Source: Candidatus Hydrogenedens sp. (GTDB taxonomy: Bacteria > Hydrogenedentota > Hydrogenedentia > Hydrogenedentales > Hydrogenedentaceae). From it: DNA of 64,000 nucleotides. The stretch covers positions 5,917-69,916 of the forward strand of contig DAOSBX010000016.1 of the NCBI GenBank assembly GCA_035361075.1. The letters are read 5' to 3'. Position 1 is the first letter of the stretch; each line of letters starts with the position of its first letter. Shown piece after piece: positions 40,083 through 49,400 of this stretch. The translations under genes and the position numbers were made by a program. Below the pieces are notes generated by a model, which made no database searches, was not told where the DNA came from, and saw nothing but the letters and a program-made list of their open reading frames with translations.

Positions 40083-40598
40083 TCACTCAATGACGCCGAT
40101 TTTTTTTAAGGTCTTAATTCTAGTGGCAATAGAATTACCATCAGACTTATGACCGAGACTAATAATGGGATGGTTTTTATCCATTCCGCAGTAAATCCAA
40201 GGTCCCCATGTACAATTATGTTTCTTAACCTGACAGTCATCTTTAACAAAGTAAGGTAAAGTAAATTCATAAAGATCAAGTGGTTGATCTAGTTGCATAC
40301 AAATAACCTCGTTGTCGTCTAGAAAAATTTTATAATGAGCAATTTTAATTCTAGCTTTTGGCTGTTTAACTGCTTTAATCTGACTGACTGGAATGGGTTT
40401 AGCTATGAACACAAGCTCTGGTCCCCAAACCGGCGGAAGTTCACACGGATTCCTGCCACTGTAACGCAGTTTCACCGTACCTGTCTGCAGTACGGGAAAC
40501 TCTTTGTTAAATAAGCTAACTGTCATTTTACTACTAGTCTGGCAACTTAAATCAAGTGCGACTATTAATATAAAGATAATAGTTATAAAGTACTTCAT
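40083..40598 (-). CDS. Secreted/lipoprotein-like 171-aa hypothetical protein carried on the inserted cassette
   Basis: Signal peptide MKYFITIIFILIVALDLSC. AAAGGA SD 7 nt upstream. Own terminator downstream. No recognisable family. Confidence 0.5.
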   Translation of the reverse strand: MKYFITIIFILIVALDLSCQTSSKMTVSLFNKEFPVLQTGTVKLRYSGRNPCELPPVWGPELVFIAKPIPVSQIKAVKQPKARIKIAHYKIFLDDNEVICMQLDQPLDLYEFTLPYFVKDDCQVKKHNCTWGPWIYCGMDKNHPIISLGHKSDGNSIATRIKTLKKIGVIE

Positions 40599-40739
40599 GA
40601 TTCGTCCTTTCGCGGCGCGGCCGCAGTTTCAGTTGTTTGTTATACTTCAATTTTTACACATATACCTCTACATGTTCAATTACTAAAATGGCTACCGCAT
40701 GCTCTTCCCTACAGGACTACGGTTGGATAATACGGTAAA

Positions 40740-40840
40740 CATAGCCTATCCCATGAAGCTCCGTAGGAGCGAAATTATGGTAGATTATGATTCCATCAAG
40801 CATAGCCTATCCCATGAAGCTCCGTAGGAGCGAAATTATG
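40740..40840. repeat. Two tandem 40-bp direct repeats (CATAGCCTATCCCATGAAGCTCCGTAGGAGCGAAATTATG) separated by 21 bp, each with an internal GCTCC-GTA-GGAGC hairpin; related TCCCTAC(A/G)GGA motifs flank them
   Basis: Copies at 40740-40779 and 40801-40840 are identical. They lie upstream of the cassette gene, between it and repeat copy B. Confidence 0.8.
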
Positions 40841-40923
40841 ATAACAGGCCATCCCTACGGGATTATTATATGGTTGGTGGCAATAATATCTACTTACGGT
40901 GCGGTGATGGCTAACATATAGCT

Positions 40924-41125
40924 ACTGTTTTGTCAATCCCTTTTTAAATCCTGTTTTCGGCTTTTCGATATAAAGTATACACCCAACAAAAGTCCCCCTA
41001 AGAGTATACAAGGGATAGAGAATAAATTCACACTTAAACCATAGTGAACATTCAAATAAACCTTTTGTGTCTCAACGACATAAAAATCATCGGATACCTG
41101 ACACCAATACCAACCAGAATCTTCC
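40924..41125. repeat. Direct repeat copy B (200 bp), the functional 3' end of the surface-protein gene
   Basis: Identical to 39708-39907. Confidence 0.9.
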
Positions 41126-43521
41126 ACCTCTACATGTTCAATTACTAAAGACTGAGATGCAATATCATGGAATATTACAGGAGACGAACAATTGAACTCC
41201 TTACAATAATACCATTGATAATTGATAAGTCCATGTGCATCCTTTATCTGAACTGAAAAGACACAATCTTCCCCTACAACCTTGTTTATATAATCCCCTT
41301 CCTCAATCCATGCGGAAAGCATAGGTTCTCCTTCATTACAACCTTCCCCTTCAACATTCCCTTCTTGTCCCTCAGTATTTCCCTCATGATAACCTTCCAT
41401 TGACCCTTCTCCCTCATCAACTCCTTCTTGAAAGCCTTCTATAAGACCTTCCCCTTCGACAATCCCTTCCATTACCCCTTCTATCACTCCTTCTGATGTG
41501 CCTTCCATGGTCCCCTCTGAAAATCCCTCCACCATTCCTTCTAAATAACCTTCAACGACACCTTCTCCTTCAACAGTTCCTTCTTGAGAACCTTCTACCA
41601 ACCCTTCCCCCTCAACAAGACCTTCTCCTTCAATGACCCCTTCCGAAACCCCTTCCGTTATACCTTCTCCCTCATTTATACCTTCACTTATTAAAATAAA
41701 ATATGCTGTATAATCTCTACTCTCCGTTACATTTAATTCACTTCTATTGGATGTTAATACTCCATCGGACCAATGGTCAAAAATATAACCTGAATCAGGA
41801 ACTGCTACAACCTCTGTTCCATTATCACCCCGCATTATAATTTGCGTTTCATCTCCAGAAATACTACCCCCTATCCCTGTAAAATAATGAATTGTATATG
41901 AGGGTGGTTTTTTGAGTTTGCCTATTTTATAACTCTCTATTCCACCAACAGTATAAAAATTTCCGCCCACATATAAATTTTCAGAAGAATCAACTGCTAA
42001 ACCTTTTATATAATGAGAACCTCCACTTACTCCAGAGGTTATACTACGCCAATCACTGTCATACCACCATGCCAACGAATTCGATGGGATACTCCCTCCT
42101 GCAAAGGTAAAATCTCCACCCACGAAAATAGAACCCTCTGATGGGGTAACAATTGAATATACAATCCCGTTGATACCTCCATTTAAAGGTTCCCAGATGG
42201 AACCATCCCAGACTGCGATTTTACCAGCACTTACACCCCCTGCAATTGTAAAATTACCACCTGCATAAACTTTACCTGCTGAGCTTACCGCTAAAGCATT
42301 TACAGGTCCATTCACGCCACTACCCATTGCATGCCAATTAGTCCCGTCCCAATAAGCTATGTTAGATACAGAAAGGCTCCCTGCACTTTGAAACTCCCCT
42401 CCAACATATACATTCCCATTAGAATCTGTAGCAAGAGCAGTTACACTCGGGTTGCTACCTCCACTTACTCCAAAGTAAGGCTCACTCCAAACTGACCCAT
42501 TCCAAAAAGCAATTCGACTAAAATACATAACTGGTGACCCTCCTGATTGTGTAAACTTACCACCTGCAAACAACCTACCATCACTCGTTACTGCAACCGC
42601 ATAAACAACATCGTTAAACCCATTTCCAAGAGTCGTCCAATTTGAACCTGTCCACTTTGCAATACGGTTAAAGTATGTCGTCCCAGAACGAGTAAACGAC
42701 CCACCTGCATAAATAACTCCACCCTGACCTAAAACCATCTTTTCTACCGCACCATCGTCAAATCCATTCCCCATTTGTTGCCATTGAGTTCCATTCCATT
42801 TTGCCACTCTCTTTGCAGGAATATTATTAATCGATGTAAAACTACCTCCACAATAAATGTTACCATTGGTATCAGCCACAATTGATGTTACAACTCCATC
42901 AGTCCAGTTGGAACTCAAAGATTCCCAATCTCCATCCAAGTAAGTAGGGTCGACATACAATGGATAACAAGCTTCATTGTCCTCAATTTCAATACTCACC
43001 ATACCAGCATCATCATTCATAACGAACTTAGCAGGAAGTTTACGCCCAAACACATCAAAGACATAAAGCCTTGAGTACATAGTATTTTTACAATTAAGAA
43101 TAGCCACTGTTCCAGAATTGGTTTCTACTTTCTGATTTAACGTTAACAAGTTTAACCTAAGAGGTCCCTCTCCATAAATTCTTTCATAAATAACAAAATC
43201 TTGACGAATCCCGTCCATTGTAGAAAACACAAATTCGCTTATGCCGAAATACTTTCTGACGAAAAAATGACCATTGACATTATTTATGTCTCTACATTGA
43301 AATTTAAATTCGGCATTGGCACGGGATAAGGAAAAAGGCAAAAAAACATCAAATTGCCTATCTAATTTGCCTTTATAAAATTCTTCACTACCTGCAAACA
43401 AACAAAAATTAAAAAAGAGAGCAAAAAGTAAGAACGGCAGATATATTATCCTATTAACATATAAGAAATAAAACATCTCCTTCCTTCCTCTTATATTAAT
43501 TTTTATTTCGCTTAAAAACAT
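40933..43521 (-). CDS. Large cell-surface protein: signal peptide, beta-propeller-like repeats, (X-X-E-G)n tetrapeptide repeat, Ig-like domain, C-terminal TM anchor
   Basis: 862 aa in the track. Likely true start is MFYFLYVNRIIYLPFLLFALF at 43476 (GGAAGGAAGGAG upstream). Contains repeated G(G/N)xFTxAGG-type units, about 125 aa of xxEG repeats, YQWYYC...WYWCQV Ig-like region, and a C-terminal hydrophobic anchor plus KSRKQDLKRD. Confidence 0.6.
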   Translation of the reverse strand: MFLSEIKINIRGRKEMFYFLYVNRIIYLPFLLFALFFNFCLFAGSEEFYKGKLDRQFDVFLPFSLSRANAEFKFQCRDINNVNGHFFVRKYFGISEFVFSTMDGIRQDFVIYERIYGEGPLRLNLLTLNQKVETNSGTVAILNCKNTMYSRLYVFDVFGRKLPAKFVMNDDAGMVSIEIEDNEACYPLYVDPTYLDGDWESLSSNWTDGVVTSIVADTNGNIYCGGSFTSINNIPAKRVAKWNGTQWQQMGNGFDDGAVEKMVLGQGGVIYAGGSFTRSGTTYFNRIAKWTGSNWTTLGNGFNDVVYAVAVTSDGRLFAGGKFTQSGGSPVMYFSRIAFWNGSVWSEPYFGVSGGSNPSVTALATDSNGNVYVGGEFQSAGSLSVSNIAYWDGTNWHAMGSGVNGPVNALAVSSAGKVYAGGNFTIAGGVSAGKIAVWDGSIWEPLNGGINGIVYSIVTPSEGSIFVGGDFTFAGGSIPSNSLAWWYDSDWRSITSGVSGGSHYIKGLAVDSSENLYVGGNFYTVGGIESYKIGKLKKPPSYTIHYFTGIGGSISGDETQIIMRGDNGTEVVAVPDSGYIFDHWSDGVLTSNRSELNVTESRDYTAYFILISEGINEGEGITEGVSEGVIEGEGLVEGEGLVEGSQEGTVEGEGVVEGYLEGMVEGFSEGTMEGTSEGVIEGVMEGIVEGEGLIEGFQEGVDEGEGSMEGYHEGNTEGQEGNVEGEGCNEGEPMLSAWIEEGDYINKVVGEDCVFSVQIKDAHGLINYQWYYCKEFNCSSPVIFHDIASQSLVIEHVEVEDSGWYWCQVSDDFYVVETQKVYLNVHYGLSVNLFSIPCILLGGLLLGVYFISKSRKQDLKRD
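41320..41700. repeat. 12-bp-periodic coding tandem repeat (GAAGG-rich on the coding strand) encoding about 30 X-X-E-G units
   Basis: Visible nnnCCTTCnnnn periodicity on the plus strand. Protein segment GINEGEGITEGVSEGVIEGEGLVEG...NVEGEGCNEGE. Confidence 0.8.
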
Positions 43522-43529
43522 TCCTCAAA

Positions 43530-44672
43530 CTACTTGACTTTCTTCTTATTTCCATATATTATTTGTAATAAATTAAGCATTTGTCTATCCAACTTATGTC
43601 CTTCCCAATCCTCATACTGCACATCTTCCCTTCCAGAATCAACAGGACCAAATGGACCTATAAAATTCCATAACGACCAACCCCATCCTGCCTCGTGAAA
43701 TAAAGAAAGGCAATCCTCCATCCATTTTAATACCGCTTTATGAGGTGTCTTATTATATGCCCCAAATTCACCTACAAATATAGGTATGCCTTTTTCTTCT
43801 AAAGATTTCCATGGCTTTATTATCTTCTCTCTTAATCTATCTTTATCCCAAACAATCTCACCTTCTTTATATGGATAATCAGGAACTGGAACCCCATCCC
43901 ATTGTCCAGCCCAAGAAGCCTTATAGTGCGTAATTGTAAAAGGTTGGTACATATGTAAATTGGCAACAATACCAAAATCAGCCAGTTCAACAGGAGGAAA
44001 TGCTCCCCATAACCTACCATCACAATGAATAGGTCGAGTTTCATTTACTTTACGAATTTCTTCAATTAATTTACCGACCACCTTTTTATGTTTTTCAGCA
44101 GACACATTACCTGGTTCATTAAAAAGATTAAAACTCAATTCATTGGAGGGAATATCCTTATACCTTTCCGCAAAAATACGCCAGTGATAAGCACATAGAT
44201 TTAACGCCTCTTCCTCCTCCCATAAATTTAATTTTTCCTCTGGTTTTGCTACAGTCCACCCTGGCGCCCGATGAAAATTTAAACATACATGAATCCCATA
44301 GTTCTTACCAAATTCTATCGCTTTATCTATCCCCTGCAATACTTCCTCTTTAATATTATAGGGAGAATTCTCCTCTGTCCAACAACGATAATCCATAGGC
44401 AAACGAACAAAGTTAAAACCCAATTTATGTATTGCTAAAAACTCTTCCTCCTTAAATGGCGTCATTCCATGAACCATAAAATAATTTAACAAATTAAAAC
44501 CGTGATATTTACCCCATTGACCTGAGATAGATTTATTCGATACCAACAAATCTTTTTTTTCTACATCCCCACTTCTTTCCGCAAATAACAGGTTTCTCGT
44601 CCCTATCAAAAAAGTAGGGAAACACACAGATATACTCTTTAAAAATGTTCTTCTATTCACTTTTATACCCAT
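43530..44672 (-). CDS. Glycoside hydrolase family 5 (cellulase/mannanase-type) with Tat signal peptide
   Basis: RRTFLK twin-arginine motif, NEP acid/base (FNLFNEPGNV) and GEFG nucleophile (IFVGEFGAY). Confidence 0.8.
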   Translation of the reverse strand: MGIKVNRRTFLKSISVCFPTFLIGTRNLLFAERSGDVEKKDLLVSNKSISGQWGKYHGFNLLNYFMVHGMTPFKEEEFLAIHKLGFNFVRLPMDYRCWTEENSPYNIKEEVLQGIDKAIEFGKNYGIHVCLNFHRAPGWTVAKPEEKLNLWEEEEALNLCAYHWRIFAERYKDIPSNELSFNLFNEPGNVSAEKHKKVVGKLIEEIRKVNETRPIHCDGRLWGAFPPVELADFGIVANLHMYQPFTITHYKASWAGQWDGVPVPDYPYKEGEIVWDKDRLREKIIKPWKSLEEKGIPIFVGEFGAYNKTPHKAVLKWMEDCLSLFHEAGWGWSLWNFIGPFGPVDSGREDVQYEDWEGHKLDRQMLNLLQIIYGNKKKVK

Positions 44673-44733
44673 TAAAAAATGGCTTGTAGAAAATTTTCTC
44701 TACAAGCCATATAATAATATTACCTTAAAAAAA

Positions 44734-44859
44734 CTACTCTTTTTCAGGTTCTTTACCCGTTAAACCAGAAAAGAAACCTGTCAATATTTTGGTAACTAAT
44801 CCTGTGAAATATTCCACAACTTTTACAATAATTTGTTTTAATAATAAATTAAAATCCAT
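44734..44859 (-). CDS. Small amphipathic peptide 1 (41 aa), hypothetical
   Basis: MDFNLLLKQIIVKVVEYFTGLVTKILTGFFSGLTGKEPEKE. GGAGGG SD 7 nt upstream. Paralogous to the adjacent peptide 2. Confidence 0.4.
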   Translation of the reverse strand: MDFNLLLKQIIVKVVEYFTGLVTKILTGFFSGLTGKEPEKE

Positions 44860-44884
44860 AATTTTACCCTCCTATGGTTTATTT

Positions 44885-44995
44885 TTATGAACTACTTGAA
44901 ACACCAAACAAAGACAAAAGCTGTTGTGTGAGCCAGCTGGCAAAAAACTTTATCACCACGCCGACAATAATATTAATTAAATCAGCCAAAATCAT
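44885..44995 (-). CDS. Small amphipathic peptide 2 (36 aa), hypothetical
   Basis: MILADLINIIVGVVIKFFASWLTQQLLSLFGVSSSS. AAGGAG SD 8 nt upstream. Shares an LI..IIV.VV..F core with peptide 1. Confidence 0.4.
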   Translation of the reverse strand: MILADLINIIVGVVIKFFASWLTQQLLSLFGVSSSS

Positions 44996-45464
44996 TTTTT
45001 ACTCCTTTCATTTACGGATGAAAACACATTTATAAAATAACTCCTCACCTTGGAGTTAAAAAATACCTTACTAACAAAATTATATAAACTCAATAATTGT
45101 TCGCAAATTATATATCACCTCTCTCTTAAAATGCAAATAACAAATTTTTACAAAATTAATTTAAAATAAAAATTTATTATTTTACACATAATATTTAATA
45201 TTTTTAGTGCATTCCTAAATTTCTATATAGCTGCCTTTACATATGATATTTTGTTATAGTAGGTTAAATTAAAGTATATTTTTTAATTAAATATCGTTTA
45301 ATTATGAATTAGCAGAACATATTAGTAAATTTTTGCTTTTATATTTATATTAATCGCATTATAGCACGCTTATTGAATGAAACTTATAAATTGATACACA
45401 TAAAATAACCTTAGAATCAAAGTGTAATCAAAACCTTTAATATTCTTAAAGAAAGGGTCAAAGA

Positions 45465-47462
45465 ATGAGAAGCATAAAAGTAAAAATAACTATTTTTTTC
45501 TTATTCCTATTTTTATCTCTCTGTGAAATATGTTTGGCAGATGCTCCATCGAAAACAATACAATATGAACCCATAAAATTTTTACCCGACAATCCGCCTC
45601 TTTACTTTTCAAATACAAACTTTAAAGACCCTTATTGGGAAATAGATTTCTCTAAAACGGACATCGCTGTCTTTAACCATCCATCTTTATCTTTGTTTGG
45701 TTCACCAAAAAAATTCATACTACATCTGTGGTCAAGTTCTTCTGGAAGCGAATTAAACTTTATTTTTGCTTCACATTTTCAGTTTTTCCAAAAAAGCATA
45801 GGTCCTCTACGTTTTGGCGAACAGATAATAGAATTCAATGCTCCCCCTGAGGGATGGAATTTTCACTCTGGTGAGAACGACGGCAGGGTACGTCTACCCC
45901 TAAGATTCTTAAGTTTAGAAATAAGAAAATCAGCATGCCCAAGCGATATATTACATCTACAAATATTAGATTTCAAATGTGAGACAGAAATTACGCCTAA
46001 TCAAGAATGTGTTCTTATTCCCAAAAATGAGGAGAACAACAAAGACAGCATTTTCTCTTCATGCACTTTTATAAATCTTCTACCTCAAAATGTTTGTGGC
46101 AAATTAACTGTCCATTTAACAGATTGGGAACAAAATATTATCTCCTCATATTCGCAAGACCTAACATTACCCCCGAATGCTCAACCTATAAATATAAAAA
46201 TACCAGCACACATTCCCATCGAAAAAAATGTCATCGAAATAAACTGGATTTTTGAAAGAAACGATTTGCAAAGTTTCAATGTGAATACAACATACTGCAG
46301 AAACCTCGATTATCCAATTAATAGAAAAATAGCCCCAGATTCCCCATGGGGCATGGGATTATATTTACTTCGTTACGGTTCTGACCAAAAAAGCCGTGAA
46401 TTATCCGCAGAAATTGCTTCCAGAGCAGGCATCAAATGGACAAGAGAAGATTTTGTGTGGGCTCATATAGAACCTGAACCCGGAAAATTTCAATTTGATT
46501 ATTATGACAATCTTGTAAATACAGCATTAAATTATGGCATTAGTGTGTATGGCATTCTTTGTTATTGGTCAAACTGGACAGAACCCTATACTCTCAAAGG
46601 GATTGAAGATTTCGTTCGCTATACTGAAGCTACAGTAGAGCATTTTAAGGACAGAGTTAAGTTTTGGGAAATTTATAATGAACCCAATATATTCTTCTGG
46701 CAGGGACCCAAAGAACTTTATCCAGAATTAGTAAAAAGGTGTTATGAAACCATCAAGAGAGTTGACCCTTCAGCACAGGTCCTTGCAATTTCTACATCAG
46801 GAATTGATTTCAATTTTATAGATTTCTGTATGAAAGCTGGTACTCCGTTTGATATTCTAACCATACATCCTTATCGAAGAGTTCTTGATGAAGAAAAATT
46901 TATATTCGAATTAAAAAGGGTGGCAAATCAAGTTCAAAACCGCCCTGTATGGATAACTGAAATGGGATGGAGTAGCCATCTATGGCAAAACGGTGTAACT
47001 GAACGAGAACAAGCATTACTCCTGGCACGTTCTTACCTATCAGCCATTGCTTCAGGTGCCGTTCAAAATATCAGCTGGTATGATTTCCGAAATGATGGTG
47101 ATGACCCATTTTATTTTGAATCCAACTTCGGGATCATCAAAAATAACTTTGCACCCAAACCTGCATTACATGCATGTGCTAATATATGTAATTTACTGCC
47201 TGATAATAAAATAAACAATTGTGATAATCTTGGAAATAACATCATCGCATTTAAACAAGGTGAAACCATTGTCCTCTGGCCTACAAAAGAAGACACACAC
47301 TTAACCGCCAGAATTATCTCCCCTCCTGTAAAAATTCAAAATCTCATGGGTGAAACAATGTCAGAATACAACAAAAAAGCAATTATAACATTAAATCTAC
47401 GCAAGGGCTATCCAATATTCATACTCGGTGGCTCTGTAAAGTTCCTCAAACCTAAAAATTAG
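45465..47462 (+). CDS. Secreted glycoside hydrolase, clan GH-A TIM-barrel (family unassigned) with N-terminal accessory domain
   Basis: Signal peptide. FWEIYNEPN (acid/base) and VWITEMGW (nucleophile ITE) in the C-terminal half. Confidence 0.6.
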   Translation: MRSIKVKITIFFLFLFLSLCEICLADAPSKTIQYEPIKFLPDNPPLYFSNTNFKDPYWEIDFSKTDIAVFNHPSLSLFGSPKKFILHLWSSSSGSELNFIFASHFQFFQKSIGPLRFGEQIIEFNAPPEGWNFHSGENDGRVRLPLRFLSLEIRKSACPSDILHLQILDFKCETEITPNQECVLIPKNEENNKDSIFSSCTFINLLPQNVCGKLTVHLTDWEQNIISSYSQDLTLPPNAQPINIKIPAHIPIEKNVIEINWIFERNDLQSFNVNTTYCRNLDYPINRKIAPDSPWGMGLYLLRYGSDQKSRELSAEIASRAGIKWTREDFVWAHIEPEPGKFQFDYYDNLVNTALNYGISVYGILCYWSNWTEPYTLKGIEDFVRYTEATVEHFKDRVKFWEIYNEPNIFFWQGPKELYPELVKRCYETIKRVDPSAQVLAISTSGIDFNFIDFCMKAGTPFDILTIHPYRRVLDEEKFIFELKRVANQVQNRPVWITEMGWSSHLWQNGVTEREQALLLARSYLSAIASGAVQNISWYDFRNDGDDPFYFESNFGIIKNNFAPKPALHACANICNLLPDNKINNCDNLGNNIIAFKQGETIVLWPTKEDTHLTARIISPPVKIQNLMGETMSEYNKKAIITLNLRKGYPIFILGGSVKFLKPKN

Positions 47463-49390
47463 AGCTTCGCCTTTTTAAGTTCTTCAATCTCACTATCAAT
47501 ACTTTGAATAACTGGAAAACGAAATCCTGTTTTGGGGTCAAAATCAGGTTCAAGCACCTTTAATGAAACGGGATGCTGGTCACGTTTCCATTGATTTGCA
47601 ACAAACCTCTTTGCAAAGTCTTCTGTCCATTTTTTCAATTGTCCCGATGTATATTCTGGAAATCTTATACATATAACCCGCCAACAGTCTACAAGCGAGA
47701 ATCTCTGCTTTGCAAACAAATATATTAATTCATCTAAAACCCTATACGGCATAAGGTCACCCTCATCTGTCTGATTTGGGGCTAATTCTGCCGTCGGTGG
47801 AATCTTAAGAATTTTTTCTAATGACTTAATGCCTCTTGTCTCCGCAAGATACTCAAGTAGTGAAGATATAACCGTCTTTGGCACGTTTGCAATTGGAGAA
47901 AATCCTCCTTCGTTATCTCCACCCGTTGTGGTATATCCCACCGCCGACTCACTTAAATTAGATGTAACCAATAATAACCCATTCACATTATTAGCCCAAT
48001 TAAGCATCATAGCACCACGAATACGCGCTTGAAGATTCTGTCGTGTTAACGGTTTGATATTCTTACCAGAACCTACAATTTCTTCCGCCTTTTTAAGGGC
48101 TATCTCCGCCTCCTCATGAATAGAAACCAACTTAAATGGCACTTCTAATTCCTTAGCTAACGCTTCTGCGGATTCCCTTGTTGCTGTGCTACTATATTCT
48201 TTATGTGGCAAATAAATACACGCAACCTTCTCTCTATACTTCTCTGGATGTTTACCTTCATTTAAATTCTTTCCCGCCTCAACAGCAAGAAGCAAACATA
48301 ATGCACTATCTCTACCCCCTGAAAGAGCGACCAAAAACGTTTCAAATATGCCTACCTTCTCATAATAATCCCGCAATCCTAATGATAACGCCTTATACAA
48401 TTGCTCAAAATAATTATTACTTATTGATTTGTCATCCTCTTCTGCTTTTTCTATAACATAAAAACTTTTCGGCAATTCCTTAACCCATTCTTTTAAAGGA
48501 GACGGTTTATATTGAGATAATCCTACAATAACCTTCTTTGACTCCCCTTGCTTCTCATATTGAAGGGATTCCATTTTCCATGTTGAATTCTCTTTACGAA
48601 CTCGTGTAACTTCATCCAAATCTATAACAGTTGATGTTAAAACCCATCTCCGATTCGATAAAATAGCCCCCTCGACCACATGCCCCTCAGGAGTAGCAAT
48701 TATACCTCCCCCATCAAAAACAAGACGGCTATTATCACAGCCTAACAAATTAGAATAAATATATATCACTTTTAGTCGCATTGCATTTGCAAGTATTAAC
48801 TGCTTCCTCAATTGGTTCTTCAGCGGATTAAAAGGAGATGCACTCAAATTACAAATAATTTCCGCACCATGAATAGCACGATCCACAGACGGAGAATATG
48901 ATGACCATACATCTTCACAAATTTCAGCAGAAACTTTTCCAAAAGGTAATTCAAAAATTAAATCCCCAGCAGGCAAATCATAAATTTCTGTAATTCCTGA
49001 ATCCCACGAAGACCAATACCTCGCCTCATAAAATACTTGATATGTCGGCAAATATTTCTTCAGCACAAATCCATGTATCAAACCATCACATAAAAAAGCA
49101 CCTGCATTAAATAAATGCGATTCCTTCTTCACAGGCAAACCCACGAAAACACCTATCCCTCTGGTATGCTCTGCAACCCTTTTTAGCTCATCCCAACTCC
49201 GTACTACAATTTCATCCCAGAATAAACGGTCTTCCAAACTATACCCGCTTACCGCCAACTCCGGCGTAACAAGCAAATGAACACCTTCCTTTTTAGCAGT
49301 TTCGATAACTTCACATAACGTATCCGCATTCCTCTTAAAATCACCAACTTTAACCGATACAGAAGCGGTTGCAACACGAATTAATCTCAT
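47459..49390 (-). CDS. nadE: Glutamine-dependent NAD+ synthetase (two-domain form)
   Basis: N-terminal CN-hydrolase domain and C-terminal synthetase PP-loop (VALSGGRDSALCLLLA). Start MRLIRVA at 49390 follows an AGGAGA SD; the track start 49417 overlaps pncB. Confidence 0.9.
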   Translation of the reverse strand: MRLIRVATASVSVKVGDFKRNADTLCEVIETAKKEGVHLLVTPELAVSGYSLEDRLFWDEIVVRSWDELKRVAEHTRGIGVFVGLPVKKESHLFNAGAFLCDGLIHGFVLKKYLPTYQVFYEARYWSSWDSGITEIYDLPAGDLIFELPFGKVSAEICEDVWSSYSPSVDRAIHGAEIICNLSASPFNPLKNQLRKQLILANAMRLKVIYIYSNLLGCDNSRLVFDGGGIIATPEGHVVEGAILSNRRWVLTSTVIDLDEVTRVRKENSTWKMESLQYEKQGESKKVIVGLSQYKPSPLKEWVKELPKSFYVIEKAEEDDKSISNNYFEQLYKALSLGLRDYYEKVGIFETFLVALSGGRDSALCLLLAVEAGKNLNEGKHPEKYREKVACIYLPHKEYSSTATRESAEALAKELEVPFKLVSIHEEAEIALKKAEEIVGSGKNIKPLTRQNLQARIRGAMMLNWANNVNGLLLVTSNLSESAVGYTTTGGDNEGGFSPIANVPKTVISSLLEYLAETRGIKSLEKILKIPPTAELAPNQTDEGDLMPYRVLDELIYLFAKQRFSLVDCWRVICIRFPEYTSGQLKKWTEDFAKRFVANQWKRDQHPVSLKVLEPDFDPKTGFRFPVIQSIDSEIEELKKAKL

Positions 49391-49400
49391 ATCCGGTCTC

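Noticed and set aside
40043-40624. Cloning-vector artefact suggested by GGATCC (BamHI) just downstream and GCGGCCGC (NotI) just upstream of the 171-aa cassette ORF
   Set aside because: Both sites could occur by chance in 64 kb (my order-of-magnitude estimate for the NotI 8-mer is about 0.3 expected), and no other vector-like sequence (origin, resistance gene, MCS) is present; kept only as a caveat in the finding.
40740-40840. CRISPR array
   Set aside because: Only two repeat copies, a 21-bp spacer, no cas genes, and the repeat units carry ATG-initiated mini-ORFs; more consistent with operator or recombination sites.
39708-41125. Diversity-generating retroelement (template/variable repeat pair at the C-terminus of a surface protein)
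   Set aside because: The two 200-bp copies are 100% identical with no adenine-specific substitutions, and no reverse transcriptase gene is nearby.
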